From: an uncultured Chloroflexia bacterium
GTDB taxonomy: Bacteria > Chloroflexota > Limnocylindria > Limnocylindrales > CSP1-4
Assembly: GCA_963749705.1 (NCBI GenBank)
Contig: CAVVNQ010000003.1
Coordinates: 128,001-192,000 of the forward strand
DNA length: 64,000 nt
Reading direction: 5' to 3'
Part shown: positions 60,007-64,000 of the stretch, one piece after another
Layout: each line of letters begins with the position of its first letter
How positions within the stretch are numbered: position 1 is the first letter of the stretch
Program-made: the position numbers and the translations under genes
The notes under the pieces: generated by a model
The model's input: the letters and a program-made list of their open reading frames with translations, nothing else
Database searches by the model: none
Told to the model about the DNA's origin: nothing

Positions 60007-61371
60007 TCACTCGGAGTAGATCAGCTCCCGGACGGCGGCGACCTCGCGCCGCATCTCGTCGTTGACCTGCATCTCGCGGTTGATCTTGTCGCACGCGTGG
60101 AGCACGGTGGAGTGGTCGCGTCCGCCGAGCTCGGCGCCGATGCGGAGCAGGGAGACGTCCGTCTCCTCGCGCATCAGGTACATCGCGATCTGGCGCGGCA
60201 CCACGATGCTCTTCTCGCGCTTCTGGCCCTGGAGCGCGTCCATGCCGACGCCGTAGTAGTCGGACACGGCCCGGGCGATCCGCTCCGGGGTCACCTGGCG
60301 CTTCTTGGGGTTGTACAGGACGTTCGAGAGCACGGCCTGCGCCAGCTCGATCGAGACGGGCATCGCCCCCATCGAGGCGTACGCGACGATCCGGTTGAGG
60401 GCGCCCTCGAGCTCGCGGATGTTGGACACGACCTTGCGCGCGATGAACTCGATCACATCGGACGTGATGGGCGTTCCCTGCTCCTCGGCCTTCGCCCGCA
60501 GGATCGCGATCCGCGTCTCCAGGTCCGGGGCCGTGAGGTCCGCGATCAGGCCCCATTCGAACCGGCTGCGGAGGCGCTCCTCGAGCGTCAGGATGCCCTT
60601 GGGTGGCCGGTCCGAGGACAGCACGATCTGCTTGCCGTCCTCGTGGATCGCGTTGAACGTGTGGAAGAACTCCTCCTGGGTCCGTTCCTTGTCGGCGATG
60701 AACTGGATGTCGTCGATCAGGAGCAGGTCGATCCGGCGGTAGCGGGCGCGAAACTCGTCGATCTTGCCCTGCTGGATCGAGGTGATGAACTCGTTGGTGA
60801 ACTTCTCCGAGGTCGCGTAGACGACGCGCTTGCGCGGGAACTTGCCCACGACCGCGTTGCCGATGGCGTGCATCAGGTGGGTCTTGCCCAGCCCGACGCC
60901 GCCGTACAGGAACAGCGGGTTGTAGGCGTGTCCGGGACGCTCGGCGACCGACAGCGACGCGGCATGGGCAAGCCGGTTGGCCGACCCGACGATGAAGTTC
61001 GAGAAGGTGTACCGCGCGTTGAGGTACGTCGCACCACCTGCCGCGCCCTCGGGCGCGCCGACCCGCGTGGGCTCCACGCGGACGGGCTGGGCCGCGGTTT
61101 CGGCGGCCGCCACCTTGGCGTCGCCGTTGGCGGTGACCACGAACTCGACCTGGACGCTGTAGCCGACGACCCGGGCCAGCGTCTGGGAGATCAGCGACCG
61201 GTAGCGGGTCTCGAGCCAGTCCTTGGCGAAACCGTTGGGGACCGCGATCCTGAACCGCTGGTCGTCCACGTCCACCAGGTGCGTGTCGCGGAGCCACGTC
61301 TCGTAGTTGGCGGGCGACAGGGATACCTGCAGCTCTCCGAGTGCGGCACGCCAGACCTGCTTCGCGTCCAT
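60007..61371 (-). CDS. dnaA: Chromosomal replication initiator DnaA
   Basis: YNPLFLYGGVGLGKTHL, LLIDDIQF, RLRSRFEWGL, GGRDHSTVLHA; start ATG 61371. Confidence 0.98.
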   Translation of the reverse strand: MDAKQVWRAALGELQVSLSPANYETWLRDTHLVDVDDQRFRIAVPNGFAKDWLETRYRSLISQTLARVVGYSVQVEFVVTANGDAKVAAAETAAQPVRVEPTRVGAPEGAAGGATYLNARYTFSNFIVGSANRLAHAASLSVAERPGHAYNPLFLYGGVGLGKTHLMHAIGNAVVGKFPRKRVVYATSEKFTNEFITSIQQGKIDEFRARYRRIDLLLIDDIQFIADKERTQEEFFHTFNAIHEDGKQIVLSSDRPPKGILTLEERLRSRFEWGLIADLTAPDLETRIAILRAKAEEQGTPITSDVIEFIARKVVSNIRELEGALNRIVAYASMGAMPVSIELAQAVLSNVLYNPKKRQVTPERIARAVSDYYGVGMDALQGQKREKSIVVPRQIAMYLMREETDVSLLRIGAELGGRDHSTVLHACDKINREMQVNDEMRREVAAVRELIYSE

Positions 61372-61549
61372 TCCTGCGATCGTGATCCTGGCTGCAAGAG
61401 GGGCTTCGATGGGTAACGCCGACCGCGGAGACCTGGTCAAGGAAGGGTCGCCGCACAACCGCGCAACAATCCTGCCGGAGCCGCTGGACTGCAGTGCAGG
61501 CTTCCCCTCGGGAGGTGACCCGCGGCGTCCCGGCGCCTGAGGCTCGGGA

Positions 61550-61579
61550 ACAATACACCGGTCTGCGGGGCCGTCGCAA
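61550..61579 (-). promoter_or_regulatory. Putative dnaA promoter
   Basis: TTGCGA-N18-TATTGT on the minus strand. Confidence 0.5.
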
Positions 61580-61677
61580 GGCGAATCCGGGATACTCCCC
61601 TGGGGTATCGTGCGGGATGCCCCGGGGGTGGTCCGTGCGGGCGCCGCGGCCGGGTCGTCCGGGCCGGGGTCGGGCGT

Positions 61678-61707
61678 TTGACACCCCTTCCCGAACCGCC
61701 ATATCAT
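61678..61707 (+). promoter_or_regulatory. Putative rpmH operon promoter
   Basis: TTGACA-N18-TATCAT. Confidence 0.65.
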
Positions 61708-61821
61708 CCCCCGGACGAACACGCGCCGTCGCGCTTCAGGGCGCTCGGCGCGTTTGCGTGCCTCTAGGGGTCGGAGCTTCCGGGTCCCAGGGCCGGACGG
61801 AGAGGATCACGGACAGTCCCG

Positions 61822-61959
61822 ATGGGCAAGCCGACATTTCAGCCCAAGAAGCGGCATCGCGCCAAGGAGCACGGGTTCCGCGCCCGAATGCGGACGACCG
61901 GCGGGCGGCGCGTGATCGCAACGCGGCGCGCGAGAGGCCGGAAGAAGCTCACGGCCTGA
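61822..61959 (+). CDS. rpmH: 50S ribosomal protein L34
   Basis: Read manually (absent from ORF track): [45 protein letters not shown]. Confidence 0.97.
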   Translation: MGKPTFQPKKRHRAKEHGFRARMRTTGGRRVIATRRARGRKKLTA

Positions 61960-61994
61960 CCGGCGAGCGCAGTCACAACTCGCTGCGACTCGTC

Positions 61995-62330
61995 ATGCTC
62001 TCCCACCCGGGCGACTTTGCCCGGCTGGCGGAGGGAGGCGTCGGAAGGACGCACCCGCTGCTCGTCGGACGCTTCGTCCACACCGGCCTTGACCAGACCA
62101 GGATCGGACTGGCCACCGGCAAGCGGCTCGGGGGGGCCGTGGACCGGAACCGCGTCCGGCGACGGATCCGCGAGGTGCTCAGGGTGATGGCGCCCTCGTT
62201 CCAGCCCGGCTGGGATGTCCTCATCATCGCCCGGCCCGCACTCGTCGCGGCCGACCACGACGCACTGGTCGGTGCACTGCGCCGGGTCCTCCGTTCGGGG
62301 GGCGTGCTCGGAGGTCAATCGGAGTCATGA
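61995..62330 (+). CDS. rnpA: Ribonuclease P protein component
   Basis: [25 protein letters not shown]; an in-frame CTG at 61956 is an alternative start. Confidence 0.93.
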   Translation: MLSHPGDFARLAEGGVGRTHPLLVGRFVHTGLDQTRIGLATGKRLGGAVDRNRVRRRIREVLRVMAPSFQPGWDVLIIARPALVAADHDALVGALRRVLRSGGVLGGQSES

Positions 62331-62545
62331 GTCGCGTCGGGGTCACGATCGGTGTGGGACTGATCCGCCTGTATCGGGTCCTGTTCGCATGGCTCCCGTC
62401 CGGATGCCGCTTCGAGCCCACGTGCTCGCGTTATACAGAACAGGCAATCCGCAAGTACGGCCTGCTCCGTGGGAGCTGGATGGGTGCCCGGCGCATCGCC
62501 CGCTGCCACCCGTGGAACCCCGGCGGCTACGACCCCGTTCGCTGA
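62327..62545 (+). CDS. yidD: Membrane protein insertion efficiency factor
   Basis: [26 protein letters not shown]. Confidence 0.95.
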   Translation: MSRVGVTIGVGLIRLYRVLFAWLPSGCRFEPTCSRYTEQAIRKYGLLRGSWMGARRIARCHPWNPGGYDPVR

Positions 62546-62561
62546 GGAGCGAGAACACCGC

Positions 62562-63734
62562 GTGACCCGTCTCCAGAGCCTGCTCGTCCGGTTGGCGCCG
62601 CTGCTCCTGATCATCGGCGTCGCCCTGTTCGTCTCCGCGTGTGTCGCGGCGCCCGGCGGCGGCGGCAGCGGCGGCTCGCTCGCGCCGTCGCCGACGCTGA
62701 GCCAGGGTCCGCTGAACCCATCGAGCCCGGGTGCAAACCCCGTCGACCTGCTGGCGTGGGCGTTCACGCCGATCTTCCAGCTGCTGTTCCTGTTGCTCGT
62801 GGTCTTCGACCAGCTGACGGGCAGCATCATCATCGCGATCATCATGCTGACGATCGTGATCCGGATCGCGGTCATCCCCCTGTACCGCAAGCAGCTCGTC
62901 GGCACCCGGCAGATGCAGCTGCTCCAGCCCGAGGTCAAGGAGCTCCAGCGCAAGTACAAGGGCGACCGCGTCAAGTCGCAGGCGGCCGTCCAGGAGTTCT
63001 ACAAGCAGCGAGGCGTCAACCCCGCGCAGGGCTGTCTGCCGATCGTTCTCCAGTTCGGGCTCCTGATCCCGATGTACTCGGTGTTCAACCAGGGGCTGAC
63101 CAACCACGACGTCAACCCGATGCTCAACGTGTTCGGCGTCCAGCTGTTCAAGCTCGACTGCGCGCCACAGGCGATCTTCAGCGCGGCCGGGCACGTCACC
63201 AATCCCTGCCTCAATCCCAACGCGCTGGGAATCAACTGGAGCCTCGCCGAGCCGGTGACCACGGGCCTGGCGATCGCGGGCTTCGGGATCAGCATCCTTG
63301 CGATCGTGTCGTCCCTCGTCCAGCTGGTCGCGTCACGCATGACGCTCCCGGTCACGGACCCCAAGAACGACGACCAGAACACGAAGGTCCAGCGGCAGAT
63401 GGCCTACTTCCTGCCGCTGATCTCGATCGTCTACGGCGGCTTCCTGCCGGCCGGCCTGTTCCTGTACTGGATCACGGCGACGATCATCCAGATCATCCAG
63501 CAATATCTGATCATCGGCTGGGGCGGGATGTTCCCCATCTTTGGCTGGTATCCGGCATTCGCGCGGGGTCACACGCCGCGGTTCCCGGTCCAGATCCCGA
63601 AAGCCAAGCCGCCCGCACCGGGTCAACCCACAAGCGCGGCGGAGCGCGCAAAATCTGTCGACCGCGACCTCTCGGCCAAGTCGACGATCCGGCCCAACCG
63701 AACGCGGGGCGGCCGACGAGGGAGACGACGCTGA
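62562..63734 (+). CDS. yidC: Membrane protein insertase YidC (short form with lipobox-like signal)
   Basis: GAGGAG RBS before GTG; LFVSAC; LQPEVKELQRKYK, NPAQGCLP, LPAGLFLYW. Confidence 0.93.
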   Translation: MTRLQSLLVRLAPLLLIIGVALFVSACVAAPGGGGSGGSLAPSPTLSQGPLNPSSPGANPVDLLAWAFTPIFQLLFLLLVVFDQLTGSIIIAIIMLTIVIRIAVIPLYRKQLVGTRQMQLLQPEVKELQRKYKGDRVKSQAAVQEFYKQRGVNPAQGCLPIVLQFGLLIPMYSVFNQGLTNHDVNPMLNVFGVQLFKLDCAPQAIFSAAGHVTNPCLNPNALGINWSLAEPVTTGLAIAGFGISILAIVSSLVQLVASRMTLPVTDPKNDDQNTKVQRQMAYFLPLISIVYGGFLPAGLFLYWITATIIQIIQQYLIIGWGGMFPIFGWYPAFARGHTPRFPVQIPKAKPPAPGQPTSAAERAKSVDRDLSAKSTIRPNRTRGGRRGRRR

Positions 63735-63735
63735 C

Positions 63736-64000
63736 ATGAGCGAATACCAGGAGTTCACCGGCAAGTCCGTCGAGGAAGCCATCAAGGGGGCCTGCGAGGC
63801 GTTCGGGGTGGGGCTCTCGGATCTCGACTTCGAGATCCTGACGCCGGGCAGCCGCGGTGTGCTGGGCATGGGCGCGGAGCCGGCCCGGATCGTCGCGGCA
63901 CCGCGCAGCGCCCTGGGCGGTGCCGCCCCCAAGCGCGCCAAGGCCGAGGCGACGCCGCTTCCCGCACCGGCACCACAGGAAGACCGCGGCTTCGATCGCG
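63736..64000 (+). CDS. jag: Jag/KhpB RNA-binding protein (truncated by window end)
   Basis: MSEYQEFTGKSVEEAI...GSRGVLGMGAEPARI Jag_N domain after yidC. Confidence 0.9.
   Translation, partial: MSEYQEFTGKSVEEAIKGACEAFGVGLSDLDFEILTPGSRGVLGMGAEPARIVAAPRSALGGAAPKRAKAEATPLPAPAPQEDRGFDR

Overview
High-GC (roughly 70%+) bacterial chromosomal window spanning the replication origin (jag-yidC-yidD-rnpA-rpmH / dnaA-oriC-dnaN-recF-dciA). Gene content and style suggest a monoderm Chloroflexota, probably Limnocylindria-like (inference). Left to right: lon-cbpA/dnaJ-clpB-nudix; an ECF sigma with a duplicated-domain membrane partner; a divergent purH, glpX, folK; a MidA/NDUFAF7 methyltransferase; a complex I operon; otsA/otsB; tlpA; a Cys-less sortase homolog; an MFS transporter; an ArsR-led phosphatidylinositol/PIM-like lipid operon; a GT-C glycosylation cluster with a ~1800-aa double glycosyltransferase; then the origin region. 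The standout is the complex I operon. nuoI appears split in two, and an electron-input module (truncated NuoE, degenerate NuoF, NuoG-N/GltD-type flavoprotein) sits between and is fused to the halves, so the N6a/N6b clusters would have to form between two polypeptides. Next is the PIM-like operon with two acyltransferases and a PHP protein that could be a PIP phosphatase. No rRNA, tRNA, CRISPR array or mobile element was seen. All calls come from motif recognition by eye; no searches were run.
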